Below are positions 1-9,323 of a stretch of 32,000 nt of DNA, piece after piece. Positions within the stretch are counted from its first letter, which is position 1, and each line of letters starts with the position of its first letter. The stretch comes from Brevibacillus brevis. GTDB taxonomy: Bacteria > Bacillota > Bacilli > Brevibacillales > Brevibacillaceae. Made by a program: the position numbers and the translations under genes. A model generated the notes under the pieces. The model was not told where the DNA came from. It did not search any database and saw nothing but the letters and a program-made list of their open reading frames with translations. The DNA lies in contig NZ_CP134050.1 of the NCBI RefSeq assembly GCF_031583145.1, forward strand, positions 685,739-717,738, written 5' to 3'.

Positions 1-670
1 GCGGGATATCGAACTGGCGGCGGGCAATTTTTTTGCACAGGTCTTCCAGCTTGCGCAAAGGCTTGCTCAGGTAGCCGCTGAACCAGATGGCGAGCAGCCA
101 GCTGACCAGCAGGAGAAGGGCAAAAATGACCAGAAACTGGCGGGTCAGGATCCAGTTGATCTGGTTGAGCGCCTGTTCCCGGGTAAACAGCACGAGGTAG
201 TAGGGAAAGCCGTGGTAGTCCATCTTTTTGCTGACGAACAGGAAATCGCCGTGTTCGCGTTCCAGCGAGCCGTGCTGGATCTGTCCGTTCGGCCGGTTCG
301 CGGCCTGCCGAAAGAGACTCAGTCTGTCCCGGTGGGAGATGTGCTCGCTGCTGCGGCCGCCCAGGTAGGTGCCGTCTTCCGCGTAGATGATCATATCAAA
401 CGAATACTCGTAGCGGGACAGCAGCAGCTGGAGAAAGTAGGGCGCTGCCGCCGGGACCGGGAGCAACTCGCGGTTCTCGTTGAACGTAATGTGTTCCGAC
501 AGGGAGAGCAGCTCGTCCTCCAGCAGCTGGTACGTGTTGGAGACGAGGTATTGCTTGACGGCGTAGGGATAGCCGAAACCCAGGCCCAGGCCCAACACGC
601 CGGTCAAAAGCATGAACAGGATGAGAATCTGCCGGGAGAGAGGCAGGTCTTTCAGCCGGAATCGGATCAT
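1..670 (-). CDS. Sensor histidine kinase, N-terminal part (gene continues beyond left edge)
   Basis: The minus-strand frame is open from ATG at 670 to position 1. It is absent from the ORF track because there is no stop in the window. My translation is MIRFRLKDLPLSRQILILFMLLTGVLGLGLGFGY (TM1), then an extracytoplasmic segment, then FLVIFALLLLVSWLLAIWFSGYLSKPLRKLEDLCKKIARRQFD (TM2 plus a HAMP-like linker). It has an ATGA start/stop overlap (667-670) with the upstream response regulator. Confidence 0.8.
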   Translation of the reverse strand, partial: MIRFRLKDLPLSRQILILFMLLTGVLGLGLGFGYPYAVKQYLVSNTYQLLEDELLSLSEHITFNENRELLPVPAAAPYFLQLLLSRYEYSFDMIIYAEDGTYLGGRSSEHISHRDRLSLFRQAANRPNGQIQHGSLEREHGDFLFVSKKMDYHGFPYYLVLFTREQALNQINWILTRQFLVIFALLLLVSWLLAIWFSGYLSKPLRKLEDLCKKIARRQFDIP

Positions 671-1374
671 GGGCGGTTCAGACGGTATCCGTAGCCGTAC
701 ACCGTCTCCAGCGGAAATTTGCTCATCTTTTTGCGAATGCGCTTGACCAGATCGTCAACGGCCCGATCGGAACCGATGTAGTCCTCTCCCCAGATCGATG
801 CGAGAATTTGCTCCCGGTTGAGCGCCATCCCCTGATTGTGCAAAAAGTAGATGATCAGCTCAAATTCCTTGGTAGTCAGTTCGATCAGCTTGTCGCCTTC
901 CTTTACCTGCCGCCCTTTTTCCGAGATCAGGTAAGGGCCGATGCTCACCCAGTCCTGGAAAGTTTGCCCCAAAGCCACAGCGGGAAGCGGGCTCGCTTTT
1001 TCATAGGTGCGCTGCAGCAGCTTTTTCGCCCGGATGACCAGTTCCCGGGGAAGAAACGGCTTTGCCAGATAATCGTCACTGCCCAGTTCCAACCCGATGA
1101 TCTTGTCGATGTCCTGATCGCGTGCCGAGATGAAGATAATCGGCACGTCGGACTTCCGGCGGATCAGGCGCAAGAGCTCATAGCCATCGATGTCGGGCAG
1201 CATGATGTCGAGAATCCACAAATGAGGCTGCTCCGCTTCGTCCAGCACCGCCGCGACTTCGCTTCCGGTCGCAAAGGATCGCACCTGCAGACCGGCGCTT
1301 TCCAGGTACGACTGAAGCAGCTGCCGAAGATTGGCTTCATCGTCCACCAGATAGACGAGGTAGGGAGTGTCCAT
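667..1374 (-). CDS. OmpR/PhoB-family response regulator (receiver + winged-helix)
   Basis: Receiver motifs are present: YLVDDE, LDIMLPDIDG and PIIFISARDQDIDKIIGLELGSDDYLAKPF. The C-terminal winged helix reads ELTTKEFELIIYFL...VYGYGYRL. I prefer the MDTPYLVYLVDDE start at 1374 (GAGGG 8 nt upstream) over the ORF-track start at 1434. Confidence 0.9.
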   Translation of the reverse strand: MDTPYLVYLVDDEANLRQLLQSYLESAGLQVRSFATGSEVAAVLDEAEQPHLWILDIMLPDIDGYELLRLIRRKSDVPIIFISARDQDIDKIIGLELGSDDYLAKPFLPRELVIRAKKLLQRTYEKASPLPAVALGQTFQDWVSIGPYLISEKGRQVKEGDKLIELTTKEFELIIYFLHNQGMALNREQILASIWGEDYIGSDRAVDDLVKRIRKKMSKFPLETVYGYGYRLNRP

Positions 1375-1551
1375 GCGAGAATCCCTCACTTTGATCAGGT
1401 ATGCCTTCATTCTGTCATTCTTCCATTGTAGCACAGCGAGGAAGACGATATGTGGAAGGGAGGCAAGAGAATCGTGGAAAACATGTGGAAGCAGGATTCA
1501 CCCGGATGGTGGTGAAAAAAGAAGGGGAGAAAAACTGGAAGGAGCGATCCC

Positions 1552-2358
1552 ATGCAACGCCGTCTGAAAACGCCCCTGGTGCTGCTCACCACGTTGGCCC
1601 TGCTGTCCGCCTGCACCGGACAACCCGCAGAAAACGAACAACCACCCGCACCGGAACAGCCGCCCGCTCCGACCGTGGAAACGCCTGAGCCTGAAAAAGA
1701 ACCCGAATTCGCTTACACGGCGCCGCTGACAGGACTTGGCACCAACCAGCCGCCGGAACAGCGACCCGTCATGGTGATGATCAACAACGCGCCGCCTGCT
1801 CGCCCGCAGTCCGGTTTGAACCAGGCAGATCTGGTTTACGAAGTGCTGGCGGAGGGGGAAATGACCCGGTTTCTCGCCGTTTTTCAAAGCCAAAAGCCGG
1901 AAGTGATCGGCCCGGTTCGCAGCATCCGCCCGTATTTCATCGAGCTGGGCGTCGGTTTCGACGCGGTTCTGATCCACGCCGGAGGCAGCCCGGATGCCCT
2001 GGCCACCCTGTCCCGTTCCGACTACAGCCACGTGGACGAGATCCCCAACGGCAAGTACTTCTGGCGGGAGCAGTTCCGCAAGGCGCCGCATAATCTCTAT
2101 ACCAAACCGGAACTGATCTGGCAGGCGATCGACGACAAGGGCATGCGGAAGACATCGGAGCCGATTCGCTTTTCCTTTTTGCCCGAGGGCGCCGACATTG
2201 CGGAGGGAGAACCGGCGGCGACCATTGACATTACCTTTCATTCGCTGAACAAGGCTGCTTTTCGGTACGATCCCGAGCAGAACAAATACCTGCGTTTTAC
2301 CAATGGTGAGCCGCATCTCGACCTGGTGGACAACAGGCAAGAGGTTCTTGTTTTTTAG
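1552..2358 (+). CDS. DUF3048 (YerB-like) lipoprotein, apparently lacking its C-terminal domain
   Basis: GGAAGGAG RBS, a signal peptide and the lipobox LLSAC. The block VMVMINNAPPARPQSGLNQADLVYEVLAEGEMTRFLAVF...IRPYF is typical of the DUF3048 N-terminal domain. The ORF stops in a T6 run at 2352-2357, and other frames downstream still read FRDGHALHAD and KRPSDDAYF. Confidence 0.75.
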   Translation: MQRRLKTPLVLLTTLALLSACTGQPAENEQPPAPEQPPAPTVETPEPEKEPEFAYTAPLTGLGTNQPPEQRPVMVMINNAPPARPQSGLNQADLVYEVLAEGEMTRFLAVFQSQKPEVIGPVRSIRPYFIELGVGFDAVLIHAGGSPDALATLSRSDYSHVDEIPNGKYFWREQFRKAPHNLYTKPELIWQAIDDKGMRKTSEPIRFSFLPEGADIAEGEPAATIDITFHSLNKAAFRYDPEQNKYLRFTNGEPHLDLVDNRQEVLVF

Positions 2359-2479
2359 GGACGGACATGCGTTGCACGCCGATCGGTCCGCAGTCTGAAA
2401 CGGCCATCGGATGATGCATACTTTTGGATGCGCCGGTAAAGTTTATTTCCTGAATACGCTGTTTCAGGAGGAAACGATA

Positions 2480-2812
2480 ATGAATGACGACAATTACAAG
2501 CGATCGATCAAGCATTTGGAGGAACACCTGCCGGAAGTCGTGGAGCCTTATCACGCGTTGACCGGGACCTGTTTTCAGGCGGGGGAGATCGAGAAAAAGC
2601 AGAAGCACCTGATCGCGCTGGGGATCAGCATGAGCCATCGGGATGACAATTGTGTCCGCTATCATGTACAGGAAGCGATCCACGAAGGGGCGTCGGAAAG
2701 GGAAATCTGGGAAACCGTCGGCGTCACCATTGCGTTGAGCGGCGGCTTGGCAGTGTCCCAGTGTCTGTATTGGGTAACGGAAGCGTTGCAGCAAGGACCG
2801 GATCGCGGCTGA
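2480..2812 (+). CDS. Carboxymuconolactone decarboxylase (AhpD-like, CMD) family protein
   Basis: AGGAGG lies 8 nt upstream of ATG 2480. The CMD-like core is KHLIALGISMSHRDDNCVRYHVQEAIHEGASEREIWETVGVTIALSGG. The ORF-track start at 2411 lacks an RBS. Confidence 0.75.
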   Translation: MNDDNYKRSIKHLEEHLPEVVEPYHALTGTCFQAGEIEKKQKHLIALGISMSHRDDNCVRYHVQEAIHEGASEREIWETVGVTIALSGGLAVSQCLYWVTEALQQGPDRG

Positions 2813-2842
2813 GAAGGCGGCGATCCGGAATGCTTGGGGATC

Positions 2843-3190
2843 GGTCCGAATGACCAGCTCCCGGGGAAAAAAGGACTTGGACAGATCATCGTCGCTTTCC
2901 GGTTCCAAACCGACGCCCCTGTCCAGCTCCCGGTTTCTTGCCGACACGAAAATGACCGGCGTCTGCGGATTCCATGCCCGATTGCAGAAGGAGACTTTCG
3001 TAGAAAAATGGCGAAATGATGTGAAAAATATGTGATATTCCATCACCTGGCCAAGGTGTGTGTCAGGGGTGTCAACAGAAAAAATGAGAAGATCAAATGG
3101 CCGTTCTTCTTTTCCGGGGACGAGGGTATTTGGGTTTGCGGTAGAATAAAAGAGGATGGCAGCGAGGAATTCGAGCCGGCGAGATTTTTG
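2843..3190 (-). pseudogene. Relic of a response-regulator receiver domain
   Basis: Inside the spurious 357-aa minus ORF, the segment RPFDLLIFSVDTPD...TPVIFVSARNRELDRGVGLEPESDDDLSKSFFPRELVIR parallels HLWILDIMLPDIDG...VPIIFISARDQDIDKIIGLELGSDDYLAKPFLPRELVIR of the regulator at 667-1374. There is no start codon, the phospho-acceptor context is altered, and there is no output domain. Confidence 0.55.
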
Positions 3191-3207
3191 GGAGAGAGGA
3201 TGGAAGC

Positions 3208-4425
3208 ATGGACAAGCTGTTGCTAAATGAACGAACCAGGATGATGTTTCTGGAGAGTCTGGGTCAGTGGAAGGAAGCGATTGAAGAATTGGAAGCAAAA
3301 GCAGAGGCGAAGCGCTGGGCAAAAATGCAGCATCCAATCTCGCTGGCTGATGCTCTTTCCAGGCTGACAAAAGAGGACTTGTCGAAAATCAGAACGACAT
3401 TGGATGTCAGGGGGGCCAGTTCCTTGCGAAAACAGGAACTGATTGACGTACTGGTACAGCAGATTCCCGCCAAACTGCCCCGCCTGTTGGGAAAGATGGA
3501 CGAATCACGCTACAAAATCCTGAAGCGCTTGGCAGAAGGGGGCGGAATCGGGTTTGTTTCGCTGACGCCAGATCAGTTGTCTTATTGGATTTCCAGGGGG
3601 CTGGTTTTTTCAGGGACGATTCAAGGGAAAAAGACCTTGGTCATTCCCCAGGAAGTTCTGGCGGCTTTCAGACAAGCGGACGGCGACCCGGCTGTGCAGG
3701 AAAAAGTGCGCCGAAATACAGAGTGGCTTAAGATTACCTATGGGTGCCTCTACTATTACGGAACATTGGGTCTGACTGAATTGCAAAGCCTTCTTAAGCA
3801 GCATGCCAAAGCAGAACCAGAATCGATCGAGTATCTTTTCGTACTATATGAAGCGGAGCAGTTTGAAAAAAACATTCGTATCGATTTGGATGGCACAACT
3901 TCCCACTCCGACGTCTGGGATCCAAAACGCGTGAAACAAGAACACCGGGCGAGACCGGATTTGTCGTTTCGCCCATTCAGCAAGACGCAATTGCTGCGTG
4001 CCGGGGAACCGGGTTATGTCGACCGGAATGCGCAATACCAGGCTTTTGTCCAGTTTCTCTGTAACCATTACGTAATCACGCGCGAAGAAGCAGACCAACT
4101 GGTGGAAGAATGTGTCTATGCCATCCAGAATGGCGAGGAACTGCAGGATACGCTTGGCATGTTTCAGCAAGAGATGGAGATCGACAGTGTGGATATGCTT
4201 CAGGAATTCATGAGGCATATTGTAGAGCTGCACAACCATACCAGACAATGGATTCTGAAGGGCCACACGCCAGATGAACTTTTTGCCGAGGAAAAAAAGG
4301 CCTTGCGTCCGCTTCCTGCTGCCAAGGCAGAGGTGGTCGATTTCGCGACGAGAAAAAAAGTGGGGAGAAATGACCCATGCCCCTGCGGAAGCGGCAAAAA
4401 GTTTAAAAAATGCTGTGGGCGATGA
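3208..4425 (+). CDS. SEC-C motif (metal-binding) domain protein
   Basis: 405-aa ORF ending in [19 protein letters not shown], the canonical SEC-C Zn-binding motif. The N-terminal [25 protein letters not shown] resembles a SAP/Rho-N-like helix pair. Confidence 0.8.
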   Translation: MDKLLLNERTRMMFLESLGQWKEAIEELEAKAEAKRWAKMQHPISLADALSRLTKEDLSKIRTTLDVRGASSLRKQELIDVLVQQIPAKLPRLLGKMDESRYKILKRLAEGGGIGFVSLTPDQLSYWISRGLVFSGTIQGKKTLVIPQEVLAAFRQADGDPAVQEKVRRNTEWLKITYGCLYYYGTLGLTELQSLLKQHAKAEPESIEYLFVLYEAEQFEKNIRIDLDGTTSHSDVWDPKRVKQEHRARPDLSFRPFSKTQLLRAGEPGYVDRNAQYQAFVQFLCNHYVITREEADQLVEECVYAIQNGEELQDTLGMFQQEMEIDSVDMLQEFMRHIVELHNHTRQWILKGHTPDELFAEEKKALRPLPAAKAEVVDFATRKKVGRNDPCPCGSGKKFKKCCGR

Positions 4426-4570
4426 AACTTGCCTGATCAAAGCCAGGGGCGTGAAAATAGATGAATACCTGTCAAACGAAGGCTTTCCTGTGATACAATC
4501 AGTGAATCCGGAAGTTCTGCCGGATGAAACGAGCTGAGTTGAGAAGCGAAGAAAAGAAAGGTGAGCGGAG

Positions 4571-5284
4571 ATGAGAAAGATGGAATCAAGCCATTCATGG
4601 GATTTGGACCGGATAGTATTCATCGGCAGGGTTTGGGATGAATACATGCAGATGTTTCATCTTGTCGAGGCGGATTTGGCAGGGCGCAGGATTCTCGACT
4701 GTCCTGCCGGTGCCTGTTCCTTTACGGCAGGCTGCAACGAACGGGGATTTGATGTGACGGCATGTGATATCGCTTACTACCACCCCGTCACAATTTTGGA
4801 ACAAAAAGGGCTTCAAGATTTGGAAACCACGATTTCGAATATGGAAAAGGCTGAGGTTCAAAAAAATTTCCGGTGGGATTCTTTCAAATCTGTCGACGAT
4901 TTGAAACAGGCGAGAAGGGCCGCATTGCGCGATTGTACCGCGGATATGAGACGAAATCCGAATCGGTATATTCCCGCTGTTCTGCCCATTCTGCCTTTCC
5001 GGGATGAAGCGTTCGACCTGACACTTTCGGCCCATTTCTTGTTCCTGTACGAAGATCAATTGGATTACGCCTTTCATGTGCAGGCGCTAAAGGAATTGAT
5101 CCGGGTGACAAAAGAAGAAATCAGGATATTTCCCACAACCAATTTTGCTTGTGAAAGATATGGATACCTGGATCAACTGATTGAGGAAATCCGTCGCCTG
5201 GGATGGACCGCCCAGGAAGTGAGGGTGCCTTACGAATTTCAAAAAAACACCAACCAAATGCTGGTGATCAGGAAAGAGAAATAG
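4571..5284 (+). CDS. Class I SAM-dependent methyltransferase
   Basis: GAAAGGTGAG RBS. The motif I-like block is RILDCPAGACSF, followed by an acidic post-I residue in TACDIAY. The ORF is 237 aa and is followed by a strong terminator. Confidence 0.7.
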   Translation: MRKMESSHSWDLDRIVFIGRVWDEYMQMFHLVEADLAGRRILDCPAGACSFTAGCNERGFDVTACDIAYYHPVTILEQKGLQDLETTISNMEKAEVQKNFRWDSFKSVDDLKQARRAALRDCTADMRRNPNRYIPAVLPILPFRDEAFDLTLSAHFLFLYEDQLDYAFHVQALKELIRVTKEEIRIFPTTNFACERYGYLDQLIEEIRRLGWTAQEVRVPYEFQKNTNQMLVIRKEK

Positions 5285-5302
5285 CCGTATAGAGTTTCGA
5301 GT

Positions 5303-5336
5303 GACATCCCTGTTTGAAACAGGGGTGTCTTTTTTG
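5303..5336 (+). terminator. Rho-independent terminator
   Basis: GACATCCCTGTTT / AAACAGGGGTGTC stem (one G-T pair) followed by TTTTTT. Confidence 0.8.
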
Positions 5337-5521
5337 ACTGTATCAGAAAGTATAAACTTCACGGCTCAGCTTCCTGATACAGCAAGAACAACCTTCAGCT
5401 AAAACGCGGACGTTCCTCCTCGAGAAGGCTTCGATAGAGGTTTTCTTAACGTATAAGAATTTATAAATTTTGAGGAACCGAAGGCTTCCCCTTTTTCAGT
5501 TTTTTCTGTTATGGTGAAGTC

Positions 5522-6255
5522 ATGGAGACTAACATTTTGTGGCGAATCTTTTTCGATGAACATCAGAATTGGGCTGCTTTCGTAAGAAAACACAAGAAGA
5601 ACATTCGACCTGTTGTCATAAAAGAGGTTGAAAAGTTTCGAGATTGTGGTAACCCAAGGACAGGATTTAAGCTGTTTGTGTGCGAAGGATGTCATGATGT
5701 ACGCAGAGTTCCCTATCGGTGCAAGGGGAGATTTTGTACTACCTGTTCGGTTGGGGAGACGGAGGAGTGGAGTCGCCTTTTGGAGGAAGAGGTGTTTCAG
5801 GTACATCATCGTCATGTGATCCTGACGATTGACGAGGGGTTACGTGTCGTTTTCCTCAAGCATCGTGAATTGCTAAAAGTCTTTATGGATGAAGGGGCGC
5901 GGCTTGTAAAAGAGTATTTTGAGAAAAAACATAAAGTAACTCCTGGGATTATTGTCGGATTACATACATTTGGTTCGAAGATGAACTTTAATCCGCACCT
6001 TCACATGCTCGTCACCATGGGGGGAATGAAGAACAACGGGGAATGGAAAACGTATGATTTCATTCCGTTTGAAATGTTGCGCAAGCAGTGGCAAACCATT
6101 GTGTTGAAGTTGATCCGTCGAATGTTATCGGAAGAAGAAAAAAAGAAAATACAGCCACTTTTGCAAAAAGTACTCTGCCAATGGAGAAGGCTTCTATGTG
6201 TATGCCCCAAAACAAAAAGGGAACATCAAGGCGCAATTGGGGTATATTGGCCGTT
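5522..6255 (+). pseudogene. IS91-family (HUH, Y2) transposase, 5' part, interrupted by IS21 and carrying a frameshift
   Basis: The N-terminal Zn-binding domain is CGNPRTGFKLFVCEGCHDVRRVPYRCKGRFCTTCS. The HUH motif is GLHTFGSKMNFNPHLHMLVTMGG. At the A5 run 6165-6169 the family-like reading moves to the +1 frame (KKYSANGEGFYVYAPKQKGNIKAQLGYIGR), which runs to the IS21 junction at 6255. Confidence 0.85.
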
Positions 6256-6305
6256 TGTAACCGTCAAGTATCTTTGAACAAATTTCACTAATTTATATTC
6301 AACAA

Positions 6306-7061
6306 CTAGTAACTTCCAAATATGGTTTCACGGTGCCTGATCCGATAACTGTCTCCCGTCAGATGAATCACCTCACTTCGATGCAGGATGCGGTCCAGAA
6401 TAGCAGCGGTGACAGCGGGATCGCCAAGCAGATCTCCCCATTCTTCTGGTCCTTTGTTGGATGTGAGAATGATAGATGCTTGTCCGTATAGCTTGTTGAC
6501 CAACTGGAAAAACAAGTGCGCTTCCTGTCGATCCAGCGCCATGAACATCAGATCGTCCACAATCACCAGATCGGATCGCACGATCCGGTTCACCCGCAGT
6601 TGGGCGTTCCGAGAAATCTCTTGCGTTTTCAACAGCTGCAAGAGCTGATCCATGGTGGCGAAGCTGACGTTGTACCCTTGATTCAGCGCCTCAACGCCCA
6701 ATGCGATCGCCAGATGCGTTTTTCCTACGCCCGGCGGGCCGAGGAACAGCAGGTTGTAATGCTGTTCTAGCCAGATCAGTTCCCGAAGTTGTTGCAGCTG
6801 TCGTTTTCCGAGCGAGGGCTGTTGATCAACCCGGAATTCATCCAGGGTTTTCAGCTCCGGAAAAGCAGCACGTTTATATCGGCGGGCAAACTGCTTTTCT
6901 TCCCGTTTTTTCAATTCGTACGAAAGTACGCACTGCAAACACTGGCGGTAACTCCACTGTCGGGTTTCGGCTTCCATCAGAAGCTCGTCCAGTGCTTGAG
7001 CGGCGGCGGTTAACTGCAGTGCGCTGAATACGGACTTCAGTTCCATCGTCACTTCACTCAT
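6306..7061 (-). CDS. istB: IS21-family helper ATPase IstB
   Basis: Walker A GPPGVGKTH, Walker B LVIVDDL, and C-terminal ILDRILHRSEVIHLTGDSYRIRH. ATGA overlap with the istA stop. Confidence 0.92.
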   Translation of the reverse strand: MSEVTMELKSVFSALQLTAAAQALDELLMEAETRQWSYRQCLQCVLSYELKKREEKQFARRYKRAAFPELKTLDEFRVDQQPSLGKRQLQQLRELIWLEQHYNLLFLGPPGVGKTHLAIALGVEALNQGYNVSFATMDQLLQLLKTQEISRNAQLRVNRIVRSDLVIVDDLMFMALDRQEAHLFFQLVNKLYGQASIILTSNKGPEEWGDLLGDPAVTAAILDRILHRSEVIHLTGDSYRIRHRETIFGSY

Positions 7062-8632
7062 CTCGATCCCTCCAGGATTGCTTGGTATACTTCAAACGGA
7101 CGAATTTGCGGCTTCATCTTCAACATCTGCCGCTGGGGCTCTTCCAACAATCGGATGTCTGTGGGAATGGTTGGTTCCGCGCCCGGTTTTCGTTCAGCGA
7201 AATGGTGCAGCGCGTCCACAAAATCCGTGGCCTGGTAGAGTTGATGTTTCAAACAATAGGCCAGCGCTTTCGCAAGTGCGTCCGCATCTGTGTCTTTGGC
7301 GTGCTTATCAATCCACTGTAACTGATCCCGAATGTAACGCGGTTTCCGTTCCCGGATCATCGTGAGATAGGATCGGGCTTGTCCCGGCTCGGGAAAACGG
7401 GCAGCTACGTGTTCGATGTAGGTGTCAATGCCTTTGGAACGATCTCGGGCATGGTTCGTGTTCTTGATCAGCTTCCCTTTACCGGAATGCAGCGGATGAC
7501 GAGCCAATTCATCACCGGTTTCCGAGTGAAACGCCAGCAACTGCTTCTCCGACGTTACTTTGATCTCCACGAAGGTGTCCGGACCGGTGTAGGTTCCAAG
7601 CGGCAGCGAGTATCGGTTCCCCTGAAAGACAACGGTATTGTCTTTTCGCACCCGTCTTGTTATACTGGGGGCAAATTCGGTTTGTATTTTTTCGGGAACC
7701 GGCAGGAGATGGAGCCGCTCTTCGGCGAACACCTCTGCCGGTATTTTTTTCGTAGAGTGATGCATCCGCCCATTTCCGGTTCGGTTCAACCAATCCATGC
7801 AGTCTTCGTTCCAGCGGTCGATGTGGGTAAAGATCCGATGACGCGCGAAGTTGTTTTTCACAAAACCGACGACGTTTTCCACTCGACCCTTACTTTCCGG
7901 ATCCTGCTTACGGCACATGCGAATCTGGAATCCACGCTGTCGGACGTAGGCGGCGAATTGGGCCGTGAGGATCAGATCTCCGTGGTTCTCGCTGACGAGC
8001 AGCAAATGATCCTGATCATAGACGATTTCGCGTGTCATTCCGCCGAAAAATGCGAAGGCGTTCTCGTGACAGCGAATAACATCTACTGTGATGAACGGCC
8101 GATCTTGCCATTCGACGTATTTGTGCCTGGAATGGGATAAAACGAACGCGATGCACCATAATCGTACGGGATGCCCATAAAGATCGCGGGTTTTCGTTTC
8201 GCCGAAATCCACTTGCATCTGCTGTCCCATGGGCGGATCTTCGACTGCCTCGTACTGGCGGATCGGTTTGCTTTTCGGCATGCCATGCTGCTCGCGCAAG
8301 CGCCGGACAAAGTTGCGCACGGTACTCTCGCAGACATTGGCATCCAAGCGTCGTTCCTTCAACCAGTCATGAATCTGAGCGGCTGAAAGATCGGGATATT
8401 CTCGCAACCACTGAACAACTTGGGGCTCAACCGGATCCAGTTTCTTTCTTCGCGTCTTCACCGATTCGATAAAGGCCTGCATCTCTTCCGGTGACATGTG
8501 CAAGTATTTGTACACGGTGTTTCGCGAGATCTTCAATTTACGAGCGATCTGTGAAACAGTAAGCCCCAACTGTTTCAGTTGATAGATTTCGATGTACATA
8601 GGCCACCTTTCCGCAAATTTCATTCTCCTCAC
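7058..8632 (-). CDS. istA: IS21-family transposase IstA
   Basis: The N-terminal HTH is LGLTVSQIARKLKISRNTVYKYL. The DDE integrase core includes QVDFGE and ends ...DQDHLLL...SKGRVEN. The true start may be ATG 8599 (MYIEIYQLK, AAAGGTGG upstream) rather than GTG 8632. Confidence 0.92.
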   Translation of the reverse strand: MRRMKFAERWPMYIEIYQLKQLGLTVSQIARKLKISRNTVYKYLHMSPEEMQAFIESVKTRRKKLDPVEPQVVQWLREYPDLSAAQIHDWLKERRLDANVCESTVRNFVRRLREQHGMPKSKPIRQYEAVEDPPMGQQMQVDFGETKTRDLYGHPVRLWCIAFVLSHSRHKYVEWQDRPFITVDVIRCHENAFAFFGGMTREIVYDQDHLLLVSENHGDLILTAQFAAYVRQRGFQIRMCRKQDPESKGRVENVVGFVKNNFARHRIFTHIDRWNEDCMDWLNRTGNGRMHHSTKKIPAEVFAEERLHLLPVPEKIQTEFAPSITRRVRKDNTVVFQGNRYSLPLGTYTGPDTFVEIKVTSEKQLLAFHSETGDELARHPLHSGKGKLIKNTNHARDRSKGIDTYIEHVAARFPEPGQARSYLTMIRERKPRYIRDQLQWIDKHAKDTDADALAKALAYCLKHQLYQATDFVDALHHFAERKPGAEPTIPTDIRLLEEPQRQMLKMKPQIRPFEVYQAILEGSR

Positions 8633-8745
8633 CCAAATCTAAAAAAAATTCCAGCACTATTATATCGGATGAGGGAAAAGTAGGGAATTTGTGTTGAGAG
8701 TTATTTCGTGTTTCTTGTTAATTTTAGTTTAGCGGTTACACCGTT

Positions 8746-9323
8746 ATATTCGTCGACCTGCGATTGCGATCCGACGGATCGAGGAATATGACGGACAGTA
8801 TGTAACGTATCGTTACCATGACAAGACAGATGGACAAGAGAAGACAGAAACCATCACGGTCGAGGAGTTCATTGCACGATTAATACGGCATATTCCAGAT
8901 GAGGGCTTCAAGACGATTCGATACTACGGCGTTTATTCGCGCAGAATCAAAAGCCTTTGCAAAAAGGTTATTTCTGCATGGCAAAAAACCGTAAGAAAAT
9001 GGGTTGTGAAAGTAAAACAAGCTCTTCGTCGTAGGAACTGGAGAGAAAAGCTGATCCATCACACAGGTAAAGATCCTATGGTCTGCCCAAGATGCGAATG
9101 TTACTATGAATACAAGGGAGAAGTCTGCCTAAAAGATGGACAACTTACGATCGCGTTTGCTGCATGCGATCTTTCAAGGCGTTGTTTAGAAAGGATGATT
9201 GAAGATCTCACAGGTGTCAAAAAAGAAAAAGGCAAAGAAAAACCACAAAGCACTACTCGAAAGTTTCCGAAGGAAACAAGAGAAGAACGAAGTCGTCAAA
9301 TATGTCTGTTTGACGTGTCATGA
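8746..9323 (+). pseudogene. IS91-family transposase, 3' part
   Basis: Reads YIRRPAIAIRRIEEYDGQYVTYRYHDK...FKTIRYYGVYSRR (Y2 region)...MVCPRCECYYEY. Removing 6256-8745 joins GYIGR to YIRRPAIA in frame. Confidence 0.85.

Larger units (their letters stand above)
6256..8740 (-). mobile_element. Complete IS21-family insertion sequence (2485 bp)
   Basis: The ends are TGTAACCGTCAAG... (6256) and ...AGCGGTTACA (8740), which is an 8-bp perfect terminal IR, TGTAACCG. Further imperfect subterminal repeats are present. CCGTT is duplicated at 6251-6255 and 8741-8745. The element contains overlapping istA/istB. Confidence 0.9.

Noticed and set aside
1498-2340. Long antisense or shadow ORFs opposite well-supported genes. 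Also 9927-10766, 10387-11118, 12200-13255, 14637-15188, 15336-15980, 3844-4647, 20450-20989 and 30666-31925.
   Set aside because: Each lies fully within a gene that has clear family motifs on the other strand. The products are Arg/Pro/Gly-rich and low in complexity, as is typical of GC-rich shadow frames.
2297-3370. 357-aa minus-strand ORF, the longest unassigned ORF in the left part.
   Set aside because: It is a composite. It is antisense to the CMD gene and to the SEC-C gene start, and its only recognisable segment is the receiver-domain relic. There is no RBS, and the composition elsewhere is implausible.
5399-5815. 138-aa minus ORF upstream of, and overlapping, the IS91-type transposase start.
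   Set aside because: It is antisense to the Zn-binding domain coding region, has no motifs or RBS, and lies in AT-rich sequence where random ORFs are common.
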